Source of the DNA: Alphaproteobacteria bacterium
GTDB lineage: Bacteria > Pseudomonadota > Alphaproteobacteria > JAAXGF01
Length of the DNA stretch: 64,000 nucleotides
Direction: 5' to 3'
Assembly: GCA_963555825.3 (NCBI GenBank)
Contig: CAUVXB020000002.1
Coordinates: 1,088,001 to 1,152,000, forward strand
Part shown: positions 1-10,290 of the stretch, in pieces
Numbering within the stretch: the stretch's first letter is position 1
Layout of the letters: every line of letters begins with the position of its first letter
Translations under genes and position numbers: made by a program
The notes under the pieces: model-generated
Databases searched by the model: none
The model's input: only the letters and a program-made list of their open reading frames with translations
Told to the model about the DNA's origin: nothing

Positions 1-1072
1 CGAAGCGCACGTCGTCGAAGGCGATCGCGCCGGCCTCGATCGCCAGCGGCCGCGCGTCGGCGCGGTCGACGATGCCGGGCGCGGTGTCGAGCAGCGCGTA
101 TATGCGCTGCGCCGCGGCGAGGCCTTCCTGCAAGTGGGCGTTGAGGTTGGCCAGCGTCTTCATCGGCTGATAGGCGAGCAGCAGCGCGGTGATGAACGAG
201 AAGAAGGCGCCCGTCGTCGTCGCGCCGTCGATGACCTGCCAGCCGCCGTAGAAGATCACGACCGCGATCGCGATGCCGCCCAGGTTCTCCATGATCGGCG
301 AGGCCAGCGCGCGCGCCCGAACCGCCTTCAAGATGAGCTTGTAGAGCTCCTCGACGACGGCCTTGGCGCGGCCCGTCTCGTAGGCCTCCATGCCGTATGC
401 CTTGACGTGGCGGGCACCCTGGAAGGTCTCATTGAGCAGCGCGGTAAAGCGGCCGACATGGGTCTGGGTGCGCGCCGAGACCTTGCGCATGCGCTTGCCG
501 ATCTTGACCACCGGCAGGATGGCGACCGGGAAGATGACGCAGGCGATCAGCGCCAGCGCCCAATCCTGGTAGATCATGACGCCGACCAGGAAGACCAGCG
601 TCAGGAGTTCCTTGACGATGCCGGTCAGCGCGGTCGAGACCGCGGCACGCAACAGGTTGACGTCGTTGGTGAAGCGCGAGATCAGCGTGCCCGTCGCGGT
701 GTCGTGATAGAACGCCAGGTCGGCGCGCATAAGGTGCGCGAACATGCGCGTCTGGAGGTCGGCGATGATGCGCTGGCCGATCTGGTTCATCAGCACCGCC
801 TGGCCGTAGTTGGCGAAGCCCTTGACGGCGAAGATGGCGATCACGATCAGCGGCAGAGCCACGAGCATGTCGCGGTTCTTGTTGGCGAACACCTCGTTGA
901 GCACCGGCTCCATCATATAGGCGTACGCCGCGGTCGCCGCGGCGACGACAATCATGCACGCCGCGGCGAGCGCGAGACGGCGGACATGGGGCCGCACCTC
1001 GTCGCGCACGAGGCGGTTCAATAGATAACGTGTGGACAGATGGGCCGGCGCTGGCGGCGTGACTGCAGTCAA
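1..1072 (-). CDS. ABC transporter permease/ATP-binding protein, MsbA-like (runs off the left edge of the window)
   Basis: Minus-strand frame from a probable TTG at 1072 has TM helices and ABC_membrane motifs (LISRFTNDV, KAYGME, FSFITALLLAYQPMK) leading to GAIAFDDVRF; start codon uncertain. Confidence 0.8.
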   Translation of the reverse strand, partial: MTAVTPPAPAHLSTRYLLNRLVRDEVRPHVRRLALAAACMIVVAAATAAYAYMMEPVLNEVFANKNRDMLVALPLIVIAIFAVKGFANYGQAVLMNQIGQRIIADLQTRMFAHLMRADLAFYHDTATGTLISRFTNDVNLLRAAVSTALTGIVKELLTLVFLVGVMIYQDWALALIACVIFPVAILPVVKIGKRMRKVSARTQTHVGRFTALLNETFQGARHVKAYGMEAYETGRAKAVVEELYKLILKAVRARALASPIMENLGGIAIAVVIFYGGWQVIDGATTTGAFFSFITALLLAYQPMKTLANLNAHLQEGLAAAQRIYALLDTAPGIVDRADARPLAIEAGAIAFDDVRF

Positions 1073-1497
1073 CGGCGTGGTGCCTTCGGGCTGACTCTTA
1101 CGGCCCGACCATACCACGGCCCCGCGAATCACGCCAAGGGGCGCTGGCGGTGGGTCGTGTCGCGGGTTGAAATGTCATCGAACGAACGCCCGGAACGCCG
1201 CCTTATCGGAGGATCATGACCGCTCTGCGACCGACGGCAGACCTTGGCGTCCGGTCACCGGTGCAGCCGCCGATGACCCTGAGCGGGCTCGTGCAGTGCT
1301 TTGGGCTACCATCGTGCACAACGACTATAGGGCCTTCAGTTGTAGCCGCCGCGCTAACGCGATAGCCTGCCGATACCATCAACTCATCCTGGTGATCTCG
1401 CTTCGAGAGGAGGGGTAGCGATGTTCGTCGCTCGCAGGGTTGCGCTCTTCCTGACCATCCTGTGGCTGTGGCCTTCAAGCCTGCACGCGCAGTCCGA

Positions 1498-2872
1498 GAG
1501 CTATAACCGAATCTTGTGTACGGCGTTGAAATGAAGGCGGCGTATCCTGGTGATTGTTGATGTCACCACTTGAGCTAAGCCAAGGAAGGATACGCCATGA
1601 AAGAGAATACCGTTGTTGCTTTTCAAAACCCATCTGATTTTCAGAAAGATCCGTTGACGGAAGTCCTACAAGCTGGAGCTCGCGAGTTGTTGGCCCAAGC
1701 CGTTGAGGCCGAGGTCTCCGTGTTTTTGGGTAGCCATGCGGCGCTTGTTGACGCCGCCGGCCGCCGCCGGGTTGTCCGCAATGGATATCTGCCGGAACGC
1801 TTCATCCAGACCGGGATCGGCCCGGTGAGCGTGCGCCAACCCCGTGTGCGGGACCGGGGGGACGGCGCCATCCGCTTCACGTCGGCGATCCTGCCGCGCT
1901 ATCTGCGCCGCGCCAAGAGCCTGGAAGACCTTTTGCCATGGCTGTATCTGAAGGGCATTTCCACCGGCGACTTCGGGGAAGCCTTGGCGGCGCTCCTGGG
2001 GAGCTCCGCGCCGGGGCTTTCGGCCTCCACGATCACCCGGCTGAAAGAGGTCTGGGGGGTTGAGGCGGAGCGCTGGCAACGGCGCGACCTCACGGCCAAG
2101 CGCTACGTCTATTTCTGGGTGGACGGCATCTATTTCAGCGCCCGCATGGAGGAAGAGAAGCAGTGCATCCTGGTGATCGTCGGGGCCACGGACAAGGGAC
2201 AGAAGGAACTGATCGCCATCGCCGACGGCTATCGCGAAAGTGAGCAGTCCTGGCTCGAAGTTCTGCTCGATCTCAAGCGGCGCGGCCTTGAAATGGGTCC
2301 GCAACTGGCGCTCGGCGACGGCGCGCTCGGCTTCTGGAAGGCGCTCCGCCAAGTCTACCCAGGCGCCCGCGAGCAACGCTGCTGGGTTCACAAGACGGGC
2401 AACGTCTTGAACAAGCTGCCCAAGGGTCTGCAAAAGAAAGCCAAGGGGCGCCTGCAAGACATCTGGATGGCCGAAACCAGGAAGGATGCCGAGAGCGCCT
2501 TCGACTTCTTCCTGGAAGCCTACGGGCCGAAGTACGACAAGGCCGCGGCCTGCCTGGCCAAGGACCGCGACGTCCTGCTGACGTTCTACGACTTCCCCGC
2601 CGAGCACTGGAAGCATGTACGCACGACCAACCCCATCGAGAGCACGTTCGCCACGGTTCGTCTGCGCACCTACCGGACCAAGGGCTGCCTGTCGCGCAAG
2701 ACGGCGATGGCCATGGTCTTCAAACTATGCCAGTGCGCTCAGAGAAAATGGAGAAAACTCGATGGATCGAACCATCTCGCCGAGATCATTCGCGGCGTCA
2801 AATTCGTAGATGGAGAACGCCAGGATCGCGCCGCCGCATGATCAGCCCATACACAACTTTTGACAATAGCTC
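1498..2872 (+). mobile_element. IS256-family insertion sequence
   Basis: Imperfect TIRs GAGCTATAACCGAATCTTGTGTACGG / GAGCTATTGTCAAAAGTTGTGTATGG; 9-bp TSD GCAGTCCGA at 1489-1497 and 2873-2881. Confidence 0.95.
1597..2841 (+). CDS. IS256-family (Mutator-type) transposase
   Basis: Motifs RNGY, YFWVDG, GDGALGF, QRCWVH, RTTNPIES. Confidence 0.95.
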   Translation: MKENTVVAFQNPSDFQKDPLTEVLQAGARELLAQAVEAEVSVFLGSHAALVDAAGRRRVVRNGYLPERFIQTGIGPVSVRQPRVRDRGDGAIRFTSAILPRYLRRAKSLEDLLPWLYLKGISTGDFGEALAALLGSSAPGLSASTITRLKEVWGVEAERWQRRDLTAKRYVYFWVDGIYFSARMEEEKQCILVIVGATDKGQKELIAIADGYRESEQSWLEVLLDLKRRGLEMGPQLALGDGALGFWKALRQVYPGAREQRCWVHKTGNVLNKLPKGLQKKAKGRLQDIWMAETRKDAESAFDFFLEAYGPKYDKAAACLAKDRDVLLTFYDFPAEHWKHVRTTNPIESTFATVRLRTYRTKGCLSRKTAMAMVFKLCQCAQRKWRKLDGSNHLAEIIRGVKFVDGERQDRAAA

Positions 2873-2989
2873 GCAGTCCGAGGCGTTGAAGGATGCCTAC
2901 CGCCAAGGTCTGACCCACTACGAGGCCGGTCGATACGAGCAGGCTATTCCGCATTGGCGAAAGGCGCTTGAACTCGGCGAGCGTGAGTT

Positions 2990-4930
2990 CGGCTCCGACC
3001 ATCCCAAGGCGGCGAACCTGCTCAACAACCTCGCCAGACTTTATCGCGCTCAGGGCCGATACGAGGCGGCGGAGCCGCTCCAAAAGCGGGCGCTGACGAT
3101 CCAGGAGAAGGTTCTCGGGCCGGAACATTCCGATGTCGCCACGAGCCTCAACAATCTCGCTAGGCTCTACGAAAGCCAAGGCCGCTACGAGGCAGCGGAG
3201 CCGCTCTACGAGTGGGCGCTGGCGATCTGGGAGAAGGCACACGGGCCTGAACATCCCTATGTCGCCACGGGCCTCAACAATCTCGCCGGGCTCTACAAAA
3301 GCCAAGGCCGTTACGAGGCAGCGGAGCCGCTCTACGAGCGGGCGCTGGCGATCTGGGAGAAGGCACACGGGCCTGAACATCCCTATGTCGCCACGGGCCT
3401 CAACAATCTCGCCGGGCTCTACAAAAGCCAAGGCCGCTACGAGGCAGCGGAGCCGCTCTACAAGCGGGCGCTGGCAGTCCTTGAGAAGCTGGACCATCCC
3501 AATGTCGCCCAGAGCCTCAACAATCTCGCCGGGCTCTACAAAAGCCAAGGCCGCTACGAGGCGGCGGAGCCACTCTACAAGCGGTCGCTGGCGATCCGGG
3601 AGAAGGCCCTCGGGCCGGATCATCTCGATGTCGCCCAGAGCCTCAATAATCTCGCCGAACTATACCGCGCTCAGGGCCGCTACGAGGCGGCGGAGCCGCT
3701 CAACAAGCGGTCGCTGGCGATCTGGGAGAAGTTGCTCGGTCCTGATCATCCCGATGTAGCCACGAGCCTCAACAACCTCGCCGCCCTATACCAAAATCAA
3801 GGCCGCTACGAGGCGGCGGAGCCTCTCCACAAGCGGGCACTGGCGATCAATGAGAAGGCGTTCGGGCCGGAACATCCGAATGTCGCCAGGAGCCTCAACG
3901 ACCTCGCCGAGCTGTACCGCGCTCAGGGCCGCTACGGGGCGGCGGAGCCGCTCTACAAGCGGTCGCTGGCGATCCGGGAGAAGGCCCTCGGGCCGGATCA
4001 TCCCGATGTCGCCCAGAGCCTCAATAATCTCGCCGAACTGTACCGCGCCCAGGGCCGCTACGAGGCGGCGGAGCCGCTCAACAAGCGGTCGCTGGCGATC
4101 TGGGAGAAGTCGCTCGGTCCTGACCATCCCTCGGTAGCCACGAGCCTCAACAACCTCGCCGGCCTGTACCAGCATCAAAGCCGCTACGAGGCGGCGGAAC
4201 CGCTCTACAAGCGGGCACTGGCGATTAACGAGAAGGCGTTCGGGCCGGAACATCCCAATGTCGCCAGGAGCCTCAACGACCTCGCCGAGCTTTACCGCGC
4301 TCAGGGCCGCTACGGGGCGGCGGAGCCGCTCTACAAGCGGTCGCTGGCGACCTACAAGAAGTTGCTCGGTCCTGATCATCCGTCGGTAGCCAACAGCCTC
4401 AACAACCTCGCCGGCCTGTACCAGCATCAAGGCCGCCACTGGGCGGCGGAACCACTCTACAAGCAAGCACTGGCGATTAACGAGAAGGCGTTCGGGCCGG
4501 AACATCCCGATGTCGCCAGGAGCCTCAACGACCTCGCCGAACTGTACCGCGCTCTGGGCCGCTACGAGGCGGCGGAACCGCTCTACGAGCGGGCGCTGGC
4601 GATCTGGGAAAAGTTGCTCGGTCCTGATCATCCCTCGGTAGCCAACAGCCTCAACAACCTCGCCGGCCTGTACCAGCATCAAGGCCGCTACTGGGCGGCG
4701 GAACCGCTCTACAAGCGGGCACTGGCGATTAACGAGAAGGCGTTCGGGCCGGAACATCCCGAAGTCGCCAGGAGCCTCAACGACCTCGCCGAATTGTACC
4801 GCGCTCGGCGCCGCTACGAGGCGGCGGAACCGCTCTACAAGCGGGCGCTGGCGATCTGGGAGAAGACGCTCGGGCCCGACCATCCCAATGTCGCCACGGG
4901 CCTGGAGAACTACGCCGCCTTGTTACGGGA
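2990..4930 (+). repeat. Coding tandem array of ~126-bp units (15 canonical TPR units plus a cap)
   Basis: Recurrent HPxVAxSLN(N/D)LAxLYxxQGRYxAAEPLYxRALAIxEK with near-identical DNA. Confidence 0.95.
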
Positions 4931-5151
4931 GACGGGTCGCCACGACGAGGCAGCGACATTGGTTGTCCGCGCCAAGGCGAGCCGAGCCAAGCATGGCGAG
5001 GAGAACCCATAGCACCCTTTTCTGCGCCAGAATCACGTTGAACCGATTTTCGATCTTGGCCAAACGCTGATTTCAAGAGAGCGACGCGTGCGGGTCGGCT
5101 TGCCGCCTGGAAGCGGGCATCGGTTCATCCGCCGATGACACCAACCGGACG

Positions 5152-6003
5152 TCAGTCTCGGTTTCCCGAAGAGCCACGATCGTAGCTGTCGATGATCCCA
5201 CGTATGCAGGCATTGACCACATCCGGCTTGTGACCGAAGAGAGAGAAGTGACCGAGGCCCTCAAGCAGGTGAAAATGGCCGTGCCTGGCGGCCTCGGCCA
5301 CGACCCGGCCGCGCGATGGCGGCGTTTGCAGATCCTGGGAGAATGCAACGACGTGGATCGGGACCTCGCAGTGCGGCAAGCGATCCAGAGCATCGTATTC
5401 GACGCAGGCTTGCCATTGTGCGGCCAGCATCTTTGAATCCCTCGCCTCGTAGGCGCCGGATACATAGGGCTTGCATCGCCGCCACAAGGCATCGTCACCA
5501 AGCACTTCGGATGGATATGTAAGCGCCGCATAATGCGCGACGGCGAAATCCGCGGGCAGGCTATGGCCGGCCGCGGCGAAGGCGATCTCGGCCTCCTCCC
5601 ATTCGCGGAAGAAGCCGGTCTTGCGTCCGCCGGTCCCCATGGCGATGGCGATCCGCACCAACTCGGGGTAAGTCAGGGCGACCTCCTGGACGATCAACGA
5701 GCCCATCGAGAGGCCTGTCAGGATGACTGGCGGATCACAGACCTGGCGGATGAGAGCGGCACAGTCCGCGGCATGGTCCGAGATCGGCCACGGCGGCGAG
5801 GTCTTCGATACCGTTCGCCCGACGCCCCGGGGATCGAAGCTCGTGCTCCGAAACCCGGGGCTGAAGGCGGCGAACTGGGTCGAATAGACGTCGCCTGTCT
5901 GATCGCCGCCAGGAACCCAGACGATGTCCGGCCCCTCACCCTCTTGCAGGTAGGATAACTCGCAAGTGGGCAGCTCGATGAGGGCTGCGTGCCGGTGCTC
6001 CAT
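5152..6003 (-). CDS. Alpha/beta hydrolase
   Basis: DPRGVG, nucleophile GLSMG, C-terminal GH. Confidence 0.85.
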   Translation of the reverse strand: MEHRHAALIELPTCELSYLQEGEGPDIVWVPGGDQTGDVYSTQFAAFSPGFRSTSFDPRGVGRTVSKTSPPWPISDHAADCAALIRQVCDPPVILTGLSMGSLIVQEVALTYPELVRIAIAMGTGGRKTGFFREWEEAEIAFAAAGHSLPADFAVAHYAALTYPSEVLGDDALWRRCKPYVSGAYEARDSKMLAAQWQACVEYDALDRLPHCEVPIHVVAFSQDLQTPPSRGRVVAEAARHGHFHLLEGLGHFSLFGHKPDVVNACIRGIIDSYDRGSSGNRD

Positions 6004-6313
6004 TGACGGTCCTCCCTATTTGCCGAGATTAACCAAGCCCAGAGGAAGAATCCATGCGCGGAGAAATCACTAGGATGTCGCCACTTGGCTGCCTCGGCTA
6101 TGAGGAGACCCCCAGCGGATCGGGCCGCGGCGCCCGCTTTTCGCTCGTAAGCGGAAGTTACCGCACTGAATTTCCAAGTCTGAGTCTTGGTGGTCCGCTA
6201 TCCGCTCCGAACCGGGCGCCGGAGACGGGCTCTCTCGAGGTCTGCAGCTGACCCAGACTGTGTAAAAACGTCGATGGTGTTATGATTCTCTCGTGCTTTG
6301 GCGGGAGGGTCTG

Positions 6314-7756
6314 ATGAAGCGTTTTGTCGAGGGTGTCGATCGCAGCCAGGGCACGTTGTTTCCGGAGCGCCTGGAAGACTGGATCGGCGACGACAACCCG
6401 GTTCGGGCGATCGACGTCTTCGTCGATGAGCTCGATCTTGGCGGCCTCGGGTTCGACCGGGTCGAGCCGCTGGCGACCGGCAGGCCGGCCTATCATCCTT
6501 GCGATTTGTTGAAGCTCTACATCTACGGCTATCTCAACCGGGTTCAGTCGAGCCGTCGGCTCGAGAGGGAGGCCGGGCGCAATGTGGAAGTGATGTGGCT
6601 GGTCGGCCGGCTGGCGCCGGATCACAAGACGATCGCCGACTTCCGCAAGGACAACGGCCGTGCGATCCGCAAGGTCTGCGCCCGGTTCGTCGCGCTGTGC
6701 CGGCAACTCGGGCTGTTCGCCGAGGCGAGCGTGGCGATCGATGGCTCGAAGTTCAAGGCGGTCAACAGCCGGGACAGGAACTTCACGCGGGCCAAGATGG
6801 CGCGGCGGGTGGCGCAGATCGAGGAGAGCGTTGCGCGCTATCTGGACCAGTTGGACAGCGCCGACCGGCAAGAGCCGTCGCTGGCGCGCACGACCAAGAC
6901 GACTCGTCTGGCCGACAAGATCGCGATCCTCAAGGAGGAGATGCGGCGCCTGAAGGCGCTTGAAGTCGAGCGGCGTGCGAGCCCGGACCAGCAGATCTCT
7001 CTGAGCGATCCCGATGCCCGCTCGATGGCGACGAGCGGCCGGGGTTCCGGCGTGGTCGGCTACAACGTTCAGGCCGCCGTCGACACCAAGCACCACCTGA
7101 TCGTCGCCCACGAGGTGACCAATCAGGGCACCGACCGCGCCCAGCTCTCAGCCATGGCGAAGCGGACCAAGGCGGCTCTGGAGACCGACGAGTTGGATGT
7201 CGTTGCCGATCGCGGCTACTACAACGGCAAGGAGATTCTGGCCTGCGATGAGGCCGGCATCACCGTCACATTGCCTAAGCCGCTGACCTCTGGAGCCAAG
7301 GCCAAGGGCCGCTTCGGCAAACAGGACTTCGTCTATCTGGCCGCCGACGATGTCTATCGCTGCCCGGCCGGCGAGCGTTTGGTCTACCGCTTCACCAGCC
7401 AGGAGAGGGGGCTGAGCATGCGGCGCTACTGGACCAACGCCTGTCAGGGATGCGCCATCAAGCATCGCTGCACCACGGCCAAGCAGCGCCGCATCACCCG
7501 CTGGCAGCACGAGCATGTTCTCGAGGCCGTCGAGAGGCGGCTCGACGAGCACCCGGAGGCGATGCGTCGGCGGCGCGAGACGGCCGAGCATCCCTTCGGC
7601 ACCATCAAGTCCTGGATGGGCGCGACGCATTTCCAGACGAAGACGCTGAAACGGGTGAGGACCGAGATGGCCCTGCACGTGCTGGCCTACAATCTCAAGC
7701 GCGTCATGAACATCACGGGCATCGACCCGCTGATCGCGGCGATGAGGACCGCATAG
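6314..7756 (+). CDS. IS1182-family transposase
   Basis: GRPAYHP, PDHKTIADFR, AIDGSKFKA, ADRGY, AEHPFGTIK. Confidence 0.95.
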   Translation: MKRFVEGVDRSQGTLFPERLEDWIGDDNPVRAIDVFVDELDLGGLGFDRVEPLATGRPAYHPCDLLKLYIYGYLNRVQSSRRLEREAGRNVEVMWLVGRLAPDHKTIADFRKDNGRAIRKVCARFVALCRQLGLFAEASVAIDGSKFKAVNSRDRNFTRAKMARRVAQIEESVARYLDQLDSADRQEPSLARTTKTTRLADKIAILKEEMRRLKALEVERRASPDQQISLSDPDARSMATSGRGSGVVGYNVQAAVDTKHHLIVAHEVTNQGTDRAQLSAMAKRTKAALETDELDVVADRGYYNGKEILACDEAGITVTLPKPLTSGAKAKGRFGKQDFVYLAADDVYRCPAGERLVYRFTSQERGLSMRRYWTNACQGCAIKHRCTTAKQRRITRWQHEHVLEAVERRLDEHPEAMRRRRETAEHPFGTIKSWMGATHFQTKTLKRVRTEMALHVLAYNLKRVMNITGIDPLIAAMRTA

Positions 7757-7928
7757 GCCTCTCTGCGCCGCAAATTGCGCCCATATCCGGCCAAATCGCA
7801 GCTCACACCGGCGCCAGCCGGCCGACAGGTCCGCACGAGTGGCGAAAATCCTTAATCCCGGAATACCCGCCGCGACGGATCATCGAAGCCAAAGACGCGC
7901 CGTACAGATCACGCAGCAAACGTTCTTA

Positions 7929-9103
7929 TACCAGTGAGCCTATGAAATCACCTTCATGATCCATGGATAGGCGCAGAGGGTTCGCATACGATCCGGTTCT
8001 GCGATGAGGTCGATCCATGCTTGGCAACAGGCGTCGATGATGGCCTCGGTGTCGTCGAGGACGCGGAGCGATAGGAAGCGTTCGCGTAGGTAGAGCCAAA
8101 CCCGCTCGACGGGGTTGAGTTCGGGACTGTAAGGCGGCAACAGCGCCAAGGTGACGTTGTCGGGGACGGTGAGGGCGCGCTCGTCGTGCCAACCGGCGCC
8201 GTCGCACATCATGACGGCGTGCGCATCCTGGTCCAGGGTATCGGCGAAGTGTGCGAGAAACAGGTCCATGACCTTGGCGTTGACGCTCGGCATCACCAGG
8301 GTGACGTCGTCGCCGGTGTCCGGGCGCACGGCGGAGAAGATGTAGGCCCACTGGTAGCCGATTTGACGCGTCCCGGGGGCACGCTCGCCCCTGCGCCACC
8401 ACCGGTGACACACCCGGCCCTTGTTGCCGACGCGCGCTTCATCCTGAAACCACAGCTGTAGGCGCTTGTCGGGATGCGCCGCGGCGGTCGCCTTCAGGAT
8501 GTCGCGAAGCCCCCTTTTTTGAAGCGCTCCTGCGCTTCGGCGTCCCTTCGCGGGTGGCTCGGGCGCGCCTTCTGGCGGGAAAATCCCATCCGCCGTAGAA
8601 CCCGGGTCATGCTCGAGGGGTGGTAGGTCTTGGCGAAGCGCTCCTCCAGCCAGCGGCACAGATCGGCCCGGGTCCAGGCGCAAACCCCGTCGCGCTCAGG
8701 CTCCGGCCCGGCGATGATGACCGCCGCCAGCGCCGCTTCCTCGTCTGCCGTCAGCCGCCGCGGCGAGTAGCCCTTTGGACGGTCGTGAAGCCCCTCCAAT
8801 CCCTTTGCATTGTAACGAACAACCGCGTCGCGAAGCGTTTGGCGATCCATCCCCGCAAGCCGCGCGGCATCAGCCCGGGGCATCTCCTCCAAAGCATTCG
8901 CGATCCCATAGGCCCGCGCCGCCGCTCGACCGTACGATTCCACGCGAGCCCAGCGCCGAAGCTCCAAAGGCGTCAAATCATCCCGTATCTTGAGTGCTGA
9001 TCCCATGACATCCCCCACATCTGGTGGGAGACCATAGAATCACAATCCGCCATCATCCGCCATCAATGAATATCCCGAGAGTCAATTCAGGCGCTCACTG
9101 GTA
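7929..9103 (-). mobile_element. IS630-family element (two-ORF type)
   Basis: TIRs TACCAGTGAGC...GCTCACTGGTA, flanked by duplicated TTA/TA. Confidence 0.9.
7940..9006 (-). CDS. IS630 transposase, HTH orfA plus DDE orfB, probably joined by a -1 frameshift
   Basis: orfB has WFQDEAR, DGAGWH, PPYSPELNPVE; slippery AAAAAAG at 8514-8520 in the overlap. Confidence 0.85.
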
Positions 9104-9142
9104 TTACACAGTCTGGACCCCGAGCCGACATTTGGACGTACA

Positions 9143-9730
9143 TCACCGATCGCGTTGCATTGCCAAGAGGTGCAATAGTAAATGAGCGTAACCCTTCGCA
9201 TCATCAATCGCTCGATGACTATGAGGCACATCGCCAAACCATTCCGTTGGGTACTCCGCGCGTCTGACATCCTCTGGGCCCATGTTGAGAACCGCCATCG
9301 CAAATGACGGCAGGTCCAAACCGGTATCTGAAAATAGACGCTTGCCGCTCATAGGGCCTCGAAAAAGCGGCATATCGAGAAACCGGCGCAAATACCAATC
9401 TATCCACATCCCGTCGAAGGTAATGGGATATGCCACAAACACCCGTTCGCCTGGATAGCCCTCGATCCAATCGACCCAACCCGCCATAGTCTCTTGGGCC
9501 AGTGACGGATTTTTTGTCACATAACTGAAGGCGTCGGGTTGCGTGCGCCACCAATCCATGACTTCAGGGTGCTCGGTCAGCTCAGCAAGCGGCGCAACAT
9601 TTTTTTCGAACTCACCGATGATCCCGTCACCCCGACGACAGGCAACAGAAGCAAATCCGAGCATAGAATGGACGCCGGGATGCGGCCCATTAGTTTCGAT
9701 ATCTGTAACGAAATATGTCGGCTCAGTCAT
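9143..9730 (-). CDS. DEDDh 3'-5' exonuclease (RNase AS-like)
   Basis: TDIETNGP, FD, HRAIDDA. Confidence 0.75.
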   Translation of the reverse strand: MTEPTYFVTDIETNGPHPGVHSMLGFASVACRRGDGIIGEFEKNVAPLAELTEHPEVMDWWRTQPDAFSYVTKNPSLAQETMAGWVDWIEGYPGERVFVAYPITFDGMWIDWYLRRFLDMPLFRGPMSGKRLFSDTGLDLPSFAMAVLNMGPEDVRRAEYPTEWFGDVPHSHRAIDDAKGYAHLLLHLLAMQRDR

Positions 9731-10193
9731 ATAGAGGGTCGGTGTTTTGGTGATTGAGGTGCTGCTCTACTAATTGGGCAAGGTCTTCAGGATAGACCGT
9801 TTCCGAGGTTCTTCGGATTTCAGTAAGTGGCCACCAGCGGTACGCCTTCATGACGTTGGCTTCCAGCGGTTCCTGCCCATCTTGATCGATGGCGTCGTCG
9901 GCAACGCGAACCAAAAAGTAGCGTTCGTCGGCGGTGACGTGGTCTCCGTCGGGGGTGACGAAATCGACATCCCTTTGAGCGATTTCTTCACCGATGTCCG
10001 CAACGATGCCGGTTTCTTCGAAGAGTTCGCGCCGCGCCGCGTCCCGGTAACTCTCGCCATGCCTGCGCGCGCCGCCCGGCGTCGCCCAAAACGCCTGCTC
10101 GGCCAGTGCGCCTTCATCGAACACAAATTGAAACAGCAAGATGCTGTCTTGCGGATTCAGGACAACGAGACGGGATGAAGGACGCTCGCGCAT
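9723..10193 (-). CDS. NUDIX hydrolase
   Basis: Nudix box GGARRHGESYRDAARRELFEETG. Confidence 0.9.
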   Translation of the reverse strand: MRERPSSRLVVLNPQDSILLFQFVFDEGALAEQAFWATPGGARRHGESYRDAARRELFEETGIVADIGEEIAQRDVDFVTPDGDHVTADERYFLVRVADDAIDQDGQEPLEANVMKAYRWWPLTEIRRTSETVYPEDLAQLVEQHLNHQNTDPLYD

Positions 10194-10290
10194 GACGAAG
10201 ATCTACCATGGATTTCGCATCGAAATTGAGGAATCCGAACGCCGCCCCGGGCCTTGTGCATGTCTTGGCGACGGTCCCGAAACGGGGCGC

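Larger units (their letters stand above)
1421..5012 (+). pseudogene. Secreted TPR-repeat protein (42-aa repeats) interrupted by IS256
   Basis: GAGGAGG RBS, ATG 1421, signal-like MFVARRVALFLTILWLWPSSLHA-QSE; removing the IS and one TSD restores the frame into ALKDAYRQG and the TPR body. Confidence 0.9.
6254..9115 (+). mobile_element. IS1182-family element; its right TIR is split by a nested IS630
   Basis: Left end CAGACTGTGTAAAAACG; right end reconstitutes as CGTTCTTA|CACAGTCTG; 4-bp TSD GACC at 6250-6253 and 9116-9119. Confidence 0.9.

Noticed and set aside
1137-1151. Possible fifth 3'-end duplication (cysQ end GGCGCTAGCGGT vs GGCGCTGGCGGT before msbA)
   Set aside because: Only 12-14 bp with a mismatch in GC-rich DNA; not distinguishable from chance by eye.
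2990-4930. Tandem repeats as a CRISPR array or a DGR template/variable pair
   Set aside because: The units are contiguous, in frame and coding with no unique spacers; no cas or reverse transcriptase gene is in the window.
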